Origin: Octopus sinensis
Lineage: Eukaryota
Length of the DNA stretch: 64,000 bases
Direction of reading: 5' to 3'
NCBI RefSeq assembly: GCF_006345805.1
Contig: NC_043024.1
Span: forward strand, 8,804,001 to 8,868,000
The translations under genes were made by a program, and so were the position numbers. Position 1 is the stretch's first letter; the number at the start of each line of letters is the position of its first letter. The notes beneath the pieces were generated by a model. The model did no database searches. It saw only the letters and a list, made by a program, of their open reading frames with translations, and had not been told where the DNA came from. Positions 25,868 through 38,485 of this stretch are shown here, piece after piece.

Positions 25868-26024
25868 CATTGGCAATGCAAATTATTGTTCTCCTTGTTC
25901 CACTACACACTGGCTGCCAACTACATATGGATTTTGATGGAAGGGCTCTATCTACACAACCTCGTCACGGTGGCCATGTTCTCTCAGAAGAGTGGAGTCA
26001 GACCATATATTATCGTTGGCTGGT
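25868..26024 (+). CDS. Class B1 GPCR TM3/ICL2 exon
   Basis: tgacag|...|gtaagt; HWQCKLLFSLFHYTLAANYIWILMEGLYLHNLVTVAMFSQKSGVRPYIIVGW (NY.W...EG.YLH motif); 157 nt, phase 0 to 1. Confidence 0.96.
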
Positions 26025-26267
26025 GTAAGTTGATAACTGATAACCTCTTTTCTTTTATCCTATTAATGTTGCATTACTGTATCATTGTTTGTTTTCTTGC
26101 ATCTGACTTTTGGCCAGGAAGAGCATGAAGATCTCCTTTGTTTATAACTGAGACTATGGATATTATCTAACCATTTTATTTTTGGTCTATCCTTAGGTCT
26201 TCAGTCAGTTGGCTTGAGTTGAAGAATCCATCTTGCAATTTTATATATAGGAAAATATATAGGAAAA

Positions 26268-26772
26268 GTGGAGGTGCGTGGCTTAGTGGTTAGGGTGTCA
26301 GCACCATGATCGTAAGATTGTGGTTTCAATTCCTGGACCGGGCGATGTGTTGTGTTCTTGAGCAAAACACTTCACTCCACGTTGCTCCAGTCCACTCAGC
26401 TGGCAAAAATGAGTAACACTGCGATGGACTGGCGTCCCATCCAGATGGGGAACACATACGCCATTGAAACCGGGCCCTTGAGCCTGGCTAGGCTTTAAAA
26501 GGGTGCATTTATTTTAGTGGAGGCTTGTGGCTTAGTGGTTAGGGTGTCAGCATCATGATCGTAAGATTGTGGTTTCGATTCCTGGACCGGGCGATGCGTT
26601 GTGTTCTTGAGCAAAACACTTCATTTCACGTTGCTCCAGTCCACTCAGCTGGCAAAAATGAGTAACGCTGCGATGGACTAGCATCCCGTCCAGCTGGGGA
26701 ACACATACGCCATTGAAACCGGGAAACAGGGCCCATGAGCCTGGCTAGGCTTTAAAAGGACACATTTATTAT
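26268..26772 (+). mobile_element. Tandem dimer of SINE family C
   Basis: Two consecutive gtggagg..tggcttagtggttagggtgtcagc..ggctttaaaagg units. Confidence 0.85.
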
Positions 26773-28700
26773 TTAATATTATATATATAGGGAAAAGGAG
26801 ATGGTGCAATGGTCACAAGATTGGAAGGATTTTTGTCATTTCCTCTTTAAGAGTAGAACATATCTTCATCAAATTCTTCAAAGAAAGGGGTGCTGTGGTT
26901 ATCCCCTTAAGTTTCTAAAATGTTTTGTAAAAATGATTAGTATTGTTTCAGTCATTTGACTGTGGCCATGCTAGAGCACCGCCTTTGGTCGAGCAAATCG
27001 ACCCCAGGACTTATTCTTTGTAAGCCTAGTACTTATTCTATTGGTCTCTTTTGCCGAACCGCTAGGTTACGGGGACATAAACACACCAGCATCGGTTGCC
27101 AAGCGATGTTGGGGGAGGAGACAAACACAGATACACAAACACACACACACATATATATACATATATACGACAGGCTTCTTTCAGTTTCCGTCTACCAAAT
27201 CCACTCACAAGGCTTTGGTTGGCCCGAGGCTATAGTAGAAGACACTTGCCCAAGGTGTCACACAATGGGAACGAACCTGGAACCATGTGGTTGGTAAGCA
27301 AGCTAGTTACCACACAGCCACTCCAGCACCTAGGCTTCTTTTATTATCCATTTACCAAATCCATTCACAAGGCATTGGTCAGTCCTGGGCTATAGTAGAA
27401 GACATTTGCCCAAGGTGCCACGCAGTGGGACTGAACCCAGAAACCACGTGGTTGGTAAGCAAGCTACTTACCACACAGCCACTCCTGCACCTATAGCCAA
27501 TGTTATTATTGTTGCAACAGCCTTATCGCTAGTGGTATACGCTTGACAGTAAACAACCTGTCAGAAAGATCAAATACCGGATGCAGACAATAATTTTAGG
27601 TTCTACATTACAATTGTTGTTGTTATTGCCACTGTTGTTATGGAGGAGGAGGAGGGGAGGAGGATGATGATGATGATGATGATGTGTTTATTGCAGATGT
27701 TGTTGACATTCTACTTTTAGATTCAGTTTTGAAATTTCCAACTTTACCTTTTTTTTTTCCGACGTGATTGCTTTATATTTTTTTTTTGTTTTATATGGTT
27801 TTATTGTTGTTACCGTTACTGTTTGTTGTTATTTATATTTCATCTTTTTTTTTTTACTGATTGTTTTTCTTCGTTGTCACCTTTTACATTTTGTTTCGTT
27901 GCCATTTTTGCCTATATAATTTTAAAAAAATATTATTTTGTAAACACTAATAAGGTTTCCTTGATGTTTGTAACAACAAAAAAAAAACATGATAACCATT
28001 CTTGGGTCGATGGCATGACAAAGAAATGTAGTAGTGGTAGTAGTGGTGGTGGTGGTGGTAGTAGTAATAGTGGTAGTGTTAGTGGTGGTGGTCGTATTAG
28101 TAATAGTAATAATGTAGTGGTGCTGAAGGTGGTGGTGGTATTTGTTGTAGTAATAGTGGTGAGGGTGGTATTTGCAGTGGTGGTGGTGGTGGTATTTGTA
28201 GTAGTAGTAGTAGTAGTGGTGGTGGTATTAGTAATAGTGGTAGTTGCAGTGGTGGTGGTCGGATTAGTAATAGTAGTAATGTAGTGGTGGTGGTATTTGT
28301 TATAGTAGTGGTGAGAGTGGTATTTGCAGTGGTGGTGGTGGTAGTATTTGTAGTAGTAGTAGTAGTGGTGGTGGTGGTTTTATTAGTAATAGTGGTAGTT
28401 GCAGTGGTGGTGCTATTTGTAGTAGCAGTGGTGGTGGTTGTGGTAGTATTTGTAGTAGCAGTGGTGGTGGTATTAGTAATAGTAGTAATGTAGTGGTGAT
28501 GAAGGTATTTACTGTGAGGGTGGTATTTGCAATGGTGGTGGTATTTGTAGTAGTAGTAGTAGTGGTGGCAGCAGCAGCAGTAGTGGTGGTGGTTGTGATG
28601 GTCATCGTCATAGTTATCATTGTGACAGGATGGTAGTGATGGTGGTGACATAAGAAAACGCTGGTCTAAATTCCACTGAAGTGTCACTTTCTACTTGCAG

Positions 28701-28761
28701 GTTTTCCGTTTAGTTTTGTGATTCCGTGGGTTGTTGTGAGGCTGTTTCTAGAAGACACATA
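28701..28761 (+). CDS. Class B1 GPCR TM4 exon
   Basis: cttgcag|...|gtaagt; (C)FPFSFVIPWVVVRLFLEDT(Y); 61 nt, phase 1 to 2. Confidence 0.93.
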
Positions 28762-29008
28762 GTAAGTACTACAAATATAGCTGTTGTATAGCCCAAGGCC
28801 AGCCCTGATCCAGCTACCACACCTATGATCAAAACGAATTTTAGGCATAATCACCACCATCACATCTTATTTGCAAGCATGGTGCATCTAGCACTAGGTT
28901 AAATCATTAAATATGTAAACTGATCAGGTATATATGTATGTAGGAATAGCTGTACACACATGAAGCTTGTCATATATATATATATTTAAGTAGGTGAATG
29001 AAGAGAGG

Positions 29009-29106
29009 CTCCCTTTCTTTCCTGATGAGAAGATTGCATAATGCACCCTTTATTCCTTTGGAATGAAAACATGCTGTCTTCGAAACGTATGTCGAGAGTA
29101 AAGGAA
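29009..29106 (+). ncRNA. Type I hammerhead ribozyme motif (second copy, sense in GPCR intron)
   Basis: ctttc-CTGATGA (29022-29028)-gaagat..gtcttc-GAAAC-gtat-GTC (29091-29093)-gagag; all core nucleotides present. Confidence 0.72.
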
Positions 29107-29140
29107 TTTTGTTAACATCTTCGTTCAACTCCATTCTTTC

Positions 29141-29172
<32 letters not shown>

Positions 29173-29319
29173 GACAAGCTTCTTTCAGTTTCCATCTACC
29201 AAATCTACTCACAAGGCTTTGGTCGGCTTGAGGCTGTAGCAGAAGACATTTTCCCAAGGTGTCACACAGTGGGACTGAACCTGGATACAGGTTCCTGTCA
29301 ACCAGCCATAGTTTTCAAG

Positions 29320-29700
29320 AACCTGGTAAAGTGCATCAGTAGAAGTATCTCCAACCTATCCATTTGGTCTCCCTTGTTCGGGTCCTTTCTCAGCGGCAGC
29401 AGCACTCCACGGCTCATAGTACTGGGTATTCTACCATTCTGCTACCAGTTGCAGTAGACATCCATCAAGAGATCACCGAACGAGTCTAATATATAAAGAT
29501 AAAGCTCGAAAGGCAGACCATCAACCCGTGGAAGAATTTCTCTCTTGTACAACTTGTCATCAGATCCCATATGTTGCTGGCTGGATATTTCCTTTGTTGC
29601 CTTCCTTTTTTAGCAGGTTTACAACTCGAGGTTCACAGCTCTAGCAATTCTCCCGTCCTTTCTCTGCATAACACCACAAGTCAGCAACGCTCAGACACAG
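29320..29700 (-). mobile_element. L1/Tx1-clade RT fragment
   Basis: DGLPFELY..ILDSFGDLLMDVY.NW*QNGRIP..MSRGVLLPLRKDPNKGD, the pre-RT PGxDG...G...L.K region; contains stops. Confidence 0.7.
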
Positions 29701-30285
29701 CACGAGTGCAAAGGTTAGCAAATGTGAGAGGAGAATGGTTAGTCGAACACCTCAGCCAAAATACTTGACAACTACTTTCACTTTCAAATGATGAAAGGTA
29801 AACTTAACCTTGTGGGATTAGAGCTCTCAAAGAATGGTAAATACCTATTTCTTTATTACCCACAAGGGGCTAAACATAGAGAGGACAAACAAGGACAGAC
29901 ATAGGTATTAAGTCGATTACATCAACCCCAGTGTGTAACTGGTATTTACTTAATCGACCCTGAAAGGATGAAAGGCAAAGTCGACCTCGGCGAAATTTGA
30001 ACTGATTTTGTCTGACATTAATGATTCTAATAAAAATGGTTTCGAATTTTGGCACAAGGCCAGCAAATTCGTGGGAGGGAGTATGTTTACTACAGTGACC
30101 CCAGTGTTTATCTGGTACTCATTTTATTGACCATGGAAGAATGAAAGGCAAAGTTGACCTTGGTTGAATTTGAACTCAGAACATAAAGATGGATGGAATG
30201 CTACTAAGCATTTCGCCCGGCATGCTAACGATTCTGCCAGCTCACCGCCTTAATAATAATAATGATTTCTTGTTTATCGTTTCAG

Positions 30286-30355
30286 CTGCTGGTACACTCA
30301 TTCAAACAAGGCATACTTTTGGATTATGAAGGGCCCCATTATGGGATCAGTTATG
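30286..30355 (+). CDS. Class B1 GPCR ECL2/TM5 exon
   Basis: tttcag|...|gtaagc; CWYTHSNKAYFWIMKGPIMGSVM (ECL2 CW motif); 70 nt, phase 2 to 0. Confidence 0.94.
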
Positions 30356-30672
30356 GTAAGCCACAGCTTTCTCTCACTCTTTCTTCTGTTGGCCTGCTCA
30401 CTTAGCCAGCGGGATGGCGTCATTTGAAGGCTAAAACAAGGCAAAGCGCATTGTGACCAGCGATGTGTAGCAACATCTGATAGCCTGGTTGGTCATGGTG
30501 ATCACGTGAAAAGTAGTCATACTTTTTTTCTCATCAGAATTGAAGGACTGCTGCAATAAGTGTAAAAATCTGAGAGGAATATGTTGAATAAAATCATAAA
30601 CTGATCCTCCATTTTCTCTTATATATGTGTATATATATATGTGTGTGTACGTTATATTTCTGTACTTCACAG

Positions 30673-30767
30673 ATTAACTTCTTATTGTTCCTCAACATTA
30701 TTCGAGTGCTATTCAGCAAGTTTGATATGAACCGGCCAAAGAAAAGAGCCAGAAATAACCGCTACAG
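30673..30767 (+). CDS. Class B1 GPCR TM5/ICL3 exon
   Basis: cacag|...|gtcagt; INFLLFLNIIRVLFSKFDMNRPKKRARNNRY(R); 95 nt, phase 0 to 2. Confidence 0.95.
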
Positions 30768-30810
30768 GTCAGTATTCGTGGCACTGAGAAGTCCTTTTTA
30801 AATCACACAT

Positions 30811-31195
30811 GTGGAGGCGCAATGGCCCAGCGGTTAGGGCAGTGGTCTCGCGGTCATAGGATCGCGGTTTCGATTCCCAGACCGGGCGTTGTGAGTGTTT
30901 ATTAAGCGAAAACACCTAAAGCTCCACAAGGCTCCGGCAGGGGATGGTGGTGATCCCTGCTGTACTCTTTCACCACAACTTTCTCTCACTCTTACTTCCT
31001 GTTTCTGTTGTACCTGTATTTCAAAGGGCCGGCCTTGTCACTCTCTGTGTCGCGCTGAATATCCCCGAGAACTACGTTAAGGGTACACGTGTCTGTGGAG
31101 TGCTCAGCCACTTACACGTTAATTTCATGAGCAGGCTGTTCCGTTGATTCGGATCAACCAGAACTCTCGTCGTCGTAACCGACAGAGTGCTTCCA
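30811..31195 (+). mobile_element. tRNA-derived SINE family B
   Basis: Head gtggaggcgcaatggcccag..ggttaggg..gtttcgattccc (A and B boxes); near-identical to 54488-54873; partial copies about 16905-17015, 20830-20940, 33500-33650, 37560-37890, 38875-39180. Confidence 0.88.
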
Positions 31196-31577
31196 TCCAA
31201 ATCACATATCTTTCTCATTACCAAACCACTTTTACTTCTCTCTCCTTTTATCTTCATTTTCTCACTTCACATACTTACTAACACTATGACCCGGCGTTGC
31301 CAAGTCATAGTGCTAGTGCATGCATATACAGCTGCGTGCGTGCACACATACACGCGTGTACTGTCCAAATATCCAACCAATCACATACATCTAGCTGGCA
31401 TTCAATTGGCGTATCAAGTTTTGGGCATTTTAATTGGGTTTTGGATAGAAAATTCACAAAAAAGTCACTTCTATTGATTTTTTTAATGGCTTTGCGGGGG
31501 GTGACTGGGGAAATGTAGAGATGTGCACGATCACCCTTGGATGGTTTTGAATGACCATAGAAAGTGCGAGAGATTAA

Positions 31578-31942
31578 TCTCTCTATATATAAACAGCAAA
31601 ATGTCTGTGTGTGTGTCCTTTATACAAATCCACAATTTTTCAGTTAGAGGGCTCGCACTTTCTATGGTCATTCAAAACCGTCCAAGGGTGGTCGTGCACA
31701 TCTTTACATTTCCCCAGTCACCCCGCAAAGCCATTAAAAAAATCAATAGAAGTGACTTTTTTGTGAATTTTCAATCCAAAACCCAATCAAAATGCCCGAA
31801 ACTTGATACGCCAATTGAATGCCAGCTAGCTGTATGTGATTGGTCGGCGATTTGGACAGTACTCGCGTGAATGTGCGCACGCACGCAGCTGTGTATCCAT
31901 GCACTAGCACTATGACCCGGCAACGCCGGGTCACAGTGCTAG
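31578..31942 (+). mobile_element. Non-autonomous Helitron (family 2) with inverted partial copy at 31277-31570
   Basis: A|TC start; 3' palindrome actagcactatgacccggcaacgccgggtcacagtgCTAG|T; isolated end hairpin also at about 55440-55480. Confidence 0.78.
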
Positions 31943-32171
31943 TATAATATAAGAATATGAATAGATGTTTTGCAAGATTCTTGATGTGAAATCCTGTGTT
32001 GAAACAGATATTGTTATATTTGGGGAGGGTCATATTTTTTGCCAAATAACCACACACATGGTCTATAATTGTTCTCTTGACAATTTACATCCATATTTTT
32101 CTTTCCCCCTCTTCATCTTTTTCTTTCTCTGTTTCTCCCAGCTTCTTAATGTTTCTTCCATCAATTCACAG

Positions 32172-32310
32172 ACGATTGGCAAAATCGACATTGGTTCTAA
32201 TCCCATTATTTGGCATCCATTATATGGTCTTCCTCTGGCTCCCTGATGACATCGGCAAGAAAGCGGAACTGGTGAAACTATATTTCGAGATGCTGTTTAA
32301 TTCATTCCAG
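32172..32310 (+). CDS. Class B1 GPCR TM6/ECL3/TM7 exon
   Basis: cacag|...|gtgaga; RLAKSTLVLIPLFGIHYMVFLWLPDDIGKKAELVKLYFEMLFNSFQ; 139 nt, phase 2 to 0. Confidence 0.96.
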
Positions 32311-33064
32311 GTGAGACCCTAATCTGTTTGTCAGAAAATAGCCCTACTAGGTATTATAATAAAATAATCATCATCATCATCGTTTAGCGTCCGCTTTCCA
32401 TGCTAGAATGGGTTGGACAGTTCAACTGGGGTCTTGGAAGCCAGGAGGCTGCACCAGTTTCCAGTCCGATCTGGCAATGTTTCTAGGGCTGGATGCCTTT
32501 CCTAACGCCAACAACTCCGTGAGTGTAGTGGGTGCTTTTTACGTGCCACCAGCACTTGAGCCAGTCAGGCGGGCCTGGCATCATTCACATTTGGATAGTG
32601 CTTTTCACGTGTCACCCATATGGGAGCCACTCATGGGGAACTGGCATTGGCCTCATTTGGATAGTACTTTCTTACGTGCCACCCACGTGGGAGCCAGTCA
32701 GGGGGCTCTGGCATTGGCCACATTTGGATAGTACTTTTTATGTGCCACCCGCCTGGGAGCTGGTCAGGGGTCACTGTCATCAGCCACGTTCTGATAGTGC
32801 TTTTTACGTTCCACCCGTATAGGAGCCAATCAGGGGTCACTGTCATCAGCCACGTTCTGATAGTGCTTTTTACGTGCCACCCGTATAGGAGCCAGTCAGG
32901 GGTCACTGACATCAACCACATTCAGATAGTGCATTTTACATGCCCCCGGCATCTCTTAATTTTTTATGTTCCATGGAATTTTCATGGGTCCCACTAGCAA
33001 TAAAATGCTAATACAAACAGTAACACATGTAACTTATTCAATTTATCTTTCTTTGTCTTTCTAG

Positions 33065-33106
33065 GGACTATTTGTTGGGATCCTGTTTTGTTATATGAAT
33101 GCAGAG
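33065..33106 (+). CDS. Class B1 GPCR 42-nt TM7 exon
   Basis: ttctag|...|gtaagt; GLFVGILFCYMNAE, the short TM7 exon typical of class B1 receptors; phase 0 to 0. Confidence 0.95.
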
Positions 33107-33894
33107 GTAAGTTTCCGAATGGCCAATGAAATCTTTATGTTCTTGATTACAAAATTTTCCCTACATTGTATCACCTGTGCTCTGTTGTTGTCTTCTTCTT
33201 CTTCCTCCTCCTCCTCTTCTTCTTCCAATCAGGAAGTCACGCCATCAGCCACAAAGAATAATCTCTAATTCGAGCCTACTCTAAGCCCCTAAGAATGAGT
33301 GTGGCAACTTGAAGATCCACCCACCACACGCGATAGACTGGCGGTTACACGGGTGTGAAAGCTACGTTGTTATCCTCATTCCGTAAACAGTGGCTTTTAA
33401 CTGGCAGAAAGCTGAATCATCCTGGGGTACAGAGGATTCACAATCTAGACTAAGGTCTGAAGGTTTACTACACCATTGTGGGTTACACCATTGTTCCCCT
33501 GCTTTGTGGCAGAAACAGGAAGAAAGAGTGAGAGAAAGTTGTGGTGAAAGAGTACAGCAGGGATCACCACCACCACCACCCTGCTGGAGCCTTGTGGAGC
33601 TTAGGTGTTTTTGCTCGATAAACACTCACAATGCCCGGTCTAAGAATCAAAACCGCATTCTTATGGCACCACAGAAGCCAGTCAAGGCGGCACTGGCAAC
33701 GGCCATGTTTGGATGGTGCTTTTTACGTGCCACCGGCACAGGTATCACAACTTATTAAATTTTTAATCCACTTATTGTAGTAACAACCTCAGCCCTCTTC
33801 CAATAACTGTATCTAACTTTGCTTTTCCTGTGCCAAATATATTGTAAATGCTGTTACATTTAACATCCATTGTTTCTTGTACCTTTTGACCCCT

Positions 33895-34085
33895 CATCAT
33901 CATTCATCATTGTTCGACTGTGGTCGAAACAATGGAATTTACCATGTTACGCCAGACTTCACGGTCCATCATGGCATTATGGAAGTCCTGTTGCTGGATG
34001 CCTGTATCCCTGCAGATTACATCAGGGTAGGAGAGTGTGCGCCCTCTGGTATTGCGAGTAGATGGCTTCCAGTAGATGACCCCTT
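33895..34085 (-). mobile_element. RTE LINE 3' end
   Basis: WKP..RGRTLSYPDVICRDTG...AMMDREVWRNMV* followed by (GAT)-type tail. Confidence 0.7.
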
Positions 34086-34262
34086 ATGACATCTAGAAAC
34101 CATCGTCATCACCATCAACATCATCATCATCATCAGTATCATCATCACTATCACTATCATCATCATCATCACTATCATCATCATCATCACTATCATCACT
34201 ATCATCATCATCATATTCAGCTTTATCACCATCATCGTCATCATTATTGTCTTCTTCTTTAG

Positions 34263-34850
34263 GTCCAGTCAGAATTACGCAAAATGTGGATGCGCAAGAA
34301 ACAAGGCCGACTCGACTCAGCCTCGTTACCACGCAGCCAGTGGCAGACATTTTTCTCGTCTTCAATCATGCGTAACCGCAGTTCCGTGCGCTGCACCAAC
34401 TCCCCTTCTCACTGCCATTACCAAATGCAAACGGCCACACCGTCCCCACCCACAAGGCAGACGACAAGGACAAATTTGCCGACAGTACTACAACCCTCGC
34501 CGTCACTACCAGCATCACCACTGCTAACCCTACGAGCAATGCAGTCTTGCTCCTACCCCCAAATGCAGACCTTAGTGCAGCTGCACCCTTCGGCGACGTC
34601 ATCACAGAAACACCAAGACCCACCTAAGAAATGGTCAAGCAAAAGCAACGTGGTTGTCTTGACGAAAGGGCTGACCGGTTCCAACTTTGGCATCATTACT
34701 ACAATAACCCCGACCAACCCCATCATTACAAGCACCAATAGTATAATGCACAACACTAACGTTCCAGATACTAATATCATCCCCGACACCATCACTGCCA
34801 ACAATAGTAAAACAGACAAAAATGGCAGAGTTACCGAAAGCCCTGTATAA
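34263..34850 (+). CDS. Class B1 GPCR terminal exon (helix 8 and S/T/P-rich C-tail)
   Basis: tttag|GTC CAG TCA GAA = VQSELRKMW (helix 8), in frame with ORF 34284-34850 to its stop. Confidence 0.92.
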   Translation, partial: VQSELRKMWMRKKQGRLDSASLPRSQWQTFFSSSIMRNRSSVRCTNSPSHCHYQMQTATPSPPTRQTTRTNLPTVLQPSPSLPASPLLTLRAMQSCSYPQMQTLVQLHPSATSSQKHQDPPKKWSSKSNVVVLTKGLTGSNFGIITTITPTNPIITSTNSIMHNTNVPDTNIIPDTITANNSKTDKNGRVTESPV

Positions 34851-35029
34851 AGAAACTAAGTTAGTCACATGTAGTGTGTATGTGTACGTGAGTTAGTGTG
34901 AGATGACAAATTTGAACAAGCATGATAGACACAAGTGTGGCTGTGTTTATAGGAGATACCAATAACACTTTGTGATTTGCCACATATAATCAACAACCAC
35001 TGTACTCAATCAACACATACCTTCTACAG

Positions 35030-35790
35030 TCAACACTTGCCATATAGTCACAACTTGACAAGCACTTTTAACACTTGTTTGCTGCAGTTAAAACATTGAC
35101 CATATACAGTCAACATTTGACAAATAGTCAACATTGGCCATATACAGTCAACACTCGTCATATACAGTCAACATTTGACATAGTCAACATTTGACATAGT
35201 CAACATTTGACATAGTCAACATTTGACATAGTCAACATTGGCCATATAGTCAACACTTGTCATATCGTCAACATTTGACACATAGTCAACATTGGCCATA
35301 TACAGTCAACACTTGTCATATACAGTCAACACTTGCCATATACAGTCAACATTGGCCATATAGTTAACACTTGCCATATAGTCAACATAGGCTATATACA
35401 GTCAACACTTGCCATATACAGTCAACACTTGTCATATACAGTCAACATTGGCCATATAGTCAACACTTGTCATTTAGTCAACATTGGCCATATACAGTCA
35501 ACACTTGTTATATAGTCAACATTGGCCATATACAGTCAACATTGGCCATATACAGTCTACACTTGCCATATACAGTCAACATTGGCCATATAGTCAACAC
35601 TTGCCATATACAGTCAACATTGGCCATACAGAGTCAACACTTGTCATATACAGTCAACATTGGCCATATAGCCAACACTTGCCCCATATAGTCAACACTT
35701 GCCATATACAGTCAACATTGGCCATATACAGTCAACACTTGTCATATACAGTCAACATTGGCCACATAGTCAACATTTGACAGATTCTGT
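35030..35790. repeat. Minisatellite, ~18-22-bp units (cagtcaacattggccata / cagtcaacacttgtcata)
   Basis: Dozens of units starting about 180 bp after the GPCR stop codon. Confidence 0.92.
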
Positions 35791-37217
35791 CAACAATAGC
35801 CATACAGAGTGAATACTTGCTAGATACAATGATCACTTACCATATTTGGCAAATACTGGCTAGATAAGTCAACACTGGCCACATACTATCCTCTCTTTCT
35901 ATTCTGTTTTCCTATGACAAACTGTTCTTATTTGCATACTGGTTCACATAAAAGACCTTGTCTTTCTGTGTATTGAACTTTTGCCAAGTAATACAAGTGA
36001 ATGGAGCCAGCAACATTTGTTCACATAACTGAGTTTTATGCTCACGTAATTTATGATTTACTGGTCTTATGAAGCATCTGTATATTATATAAAGAATTAA
36101 TGCTGATTATATAAAGATTAATGCTACATTTTTTGTTATATATGGTGGGTGCATATATATACTCTTTTACTTGTTTCAGTCATTTGACTGCGGCCATGCT
36201 GGAGCACCGCCTTTAATCGAGCAACTTGACCCCGGGACTTATTCTATCTCTTTTGCCGAACCGCGAAGTAACGGGGACATAAACACACCAGCATCGGTTG
36301 TCAAGCAATGCTAGTGGGACAAACACAGACACACATGCATATATATACATATATTCGACGGGTTTCTTTCAGTTTCCGTCTACCAAATCCACTCACAAGG
36401 CTTTGGTCGGCCCGAGGCTATAGTAGAAGACACTTGCCCAAGGTACCACGCAGTGGGACTGAACCCGGAACCATGTGGTTGGTAAACAAGCTACTTACCA
36501 CACAGCCACTCCTGCGCCTATATATATATATATATATAATAAATGCGAAAACTAATTTCTGTGTGTCAGTGTGTCACACTTTGACCCCCCTCTCTCATTA
36601 TTCAATGACACTTCTACTATTGCTCATGTTGGAGTGAGAGTAAAATTAGACATATATATATACGAGCAAAACGCCCCCCCCCCCCCCCCCCCCCCCGTTA
36701 AATGGACGGTGCTGAATCACATCTGCTGAATAAAAAGCAATCAGTGTTTTCTTTTCATTAAAAAATAATTAAGCATGCCTTTATTTCAATAAAATTTTGG
36801 GTTTTATTAAACAAAGTTAAGGCAAAAAAAAAAACTTCTTGAGAAACCAAATAGTCTTTCCTTCCTTCATGCCAAGTTTGAAGAAAATATCTCTTTTGCA
36901 TCTTACTTTTTTGGTCTCTTAAATATACTGCATTTTGTGGCATTATTTCAAGCCAGCCGGCTTTTTTTTGCACAAACTGCACGTGCATTTTTCTTGCATA
37001 CGCGTAGTATCAATCGCAACAGCTGATGTACTTGCGCATACAAATGCACATTCCCATGGCTTTATCGACCGCATTCTCACCTGGAATCGATTTTTGTAAT
37101 TTTTTCAAGACTTATACATGCTCTGATACCGTCGGTATCTACATATCAAATTTGAGCGCAATCGGATGGATGATGCCCGAGATCCTAGAAGACACACAGA
37201 CAGACAGAACGGAATTT

Positions 37218-37289
<72 letters not shown>

Positions 37290-37311
37290 AAACTCAGAAC
37301 CTAAAAGCACA

Positions 37312-37344
<33 letters not shown>

Positions 37345-37347
<3 letters not shown>

Positions 37348-37570
37348 AGGCGGCGAGCTGGCAGAAACGTTAGCACGCCGGGCGAAATGCGTAGCCGTAT
37401 TTCGTCTGCCGTTACGTTCTGAGTTCAAATTCCGCCGAGGTCGACTTTGCCTTTCATCCTTTCGGGGTTGATAAATTAAGTACCAGTTACGCACTGGGGT
37501 CGATGGAATCGACTTAATCCCTTTGTCTGTCCTTGTTTGTCCCCTCTGTGTTTAGCCCCTTGTGGGTAGT
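37345..37570 (+). mobile_element. SINE family D
   Basis: ggcggcgagctggcagaaacgttagc..gagttcaaattccgccgaggtcgactttgcctttcatcc; minus-strand relatives at about 29850-30005 and 30100-30250. Confidence 0.75.
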
Positions 37571-38454
37571 AAAGAAATATATATATATATCACGTGACCG
37601 ACCAGACCATCAGATGTTGTTACACATCGCTGGTCACAATGCACTTCGCATTGTTTTAGCCTTCGAATGACGCCACCCCGCTGGCTAAGCAAGCAGGCCA
37701 ACAGAAGAAAGAGTGAGAGAAAGAGTGGTGAAAGAGTACAGCAGGGATCACCACCCCCTGCCTGAGCCTCGTGGAGCTTTAAGGTGTTTTCGTTCAATAA
37801 ACACTCACAACACCCGGTCTGGGAATTGAAACCACGATCCTACGACCGCGAGTCCGCTGTCCTAACCAGTAGGCCATTGCGCCTCCACATATATATATAT
37901 ATATATCTATATAAACATACAGATTTATTATTTAATTGTAGTGCTACATAAGCAACTTTCGTCAAACACATCCTAAGTGTTCCTTTCATTCACGAATGCA
38001 TACATACATTTCATTCAGTCACTCATGCATACATGAACACACAAACACACATATATACATTGTTTTGCCAGCCTATAGGATACTATTTTGCCATATTATA
38101 CACATATCTATATTTCATTTGTGGGTTTCCCCATTTCTCAGCACCACTTCACTTCCTAATTGTCTTATCTCTTCCTCTTATTTACTATTTACCGTAAATC
38201 TAGTACTTCTTTATAAACACTGTTATGTTCTTTGCCAGAACAAGTATAAACAAATAGATGGTATGGCCTTCCAACTCTTGTACATGCAACACACAGTCAC
38301 CTGTGTGAGAAACAATATTCTTTAAGCTGTAGCCTAGCAACAGATAAGTTTTGTCCTGTGATTTATTTATAAATATGGCAAAACTGAGTTTTACAGGAAA
38401 CAGCAGCCTTTTGAATGAAAAAGATATTTCTGTGACAGACAGTATATAATAATA

Positions 38455-38485
<31 letters not shown>

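Noticed and set aside
30811-30890. tRNA-like sequences at SINE heads
   Set aside because: A and B boxes are present, but there is no complete cloverleaf and they continue into SINE bodies
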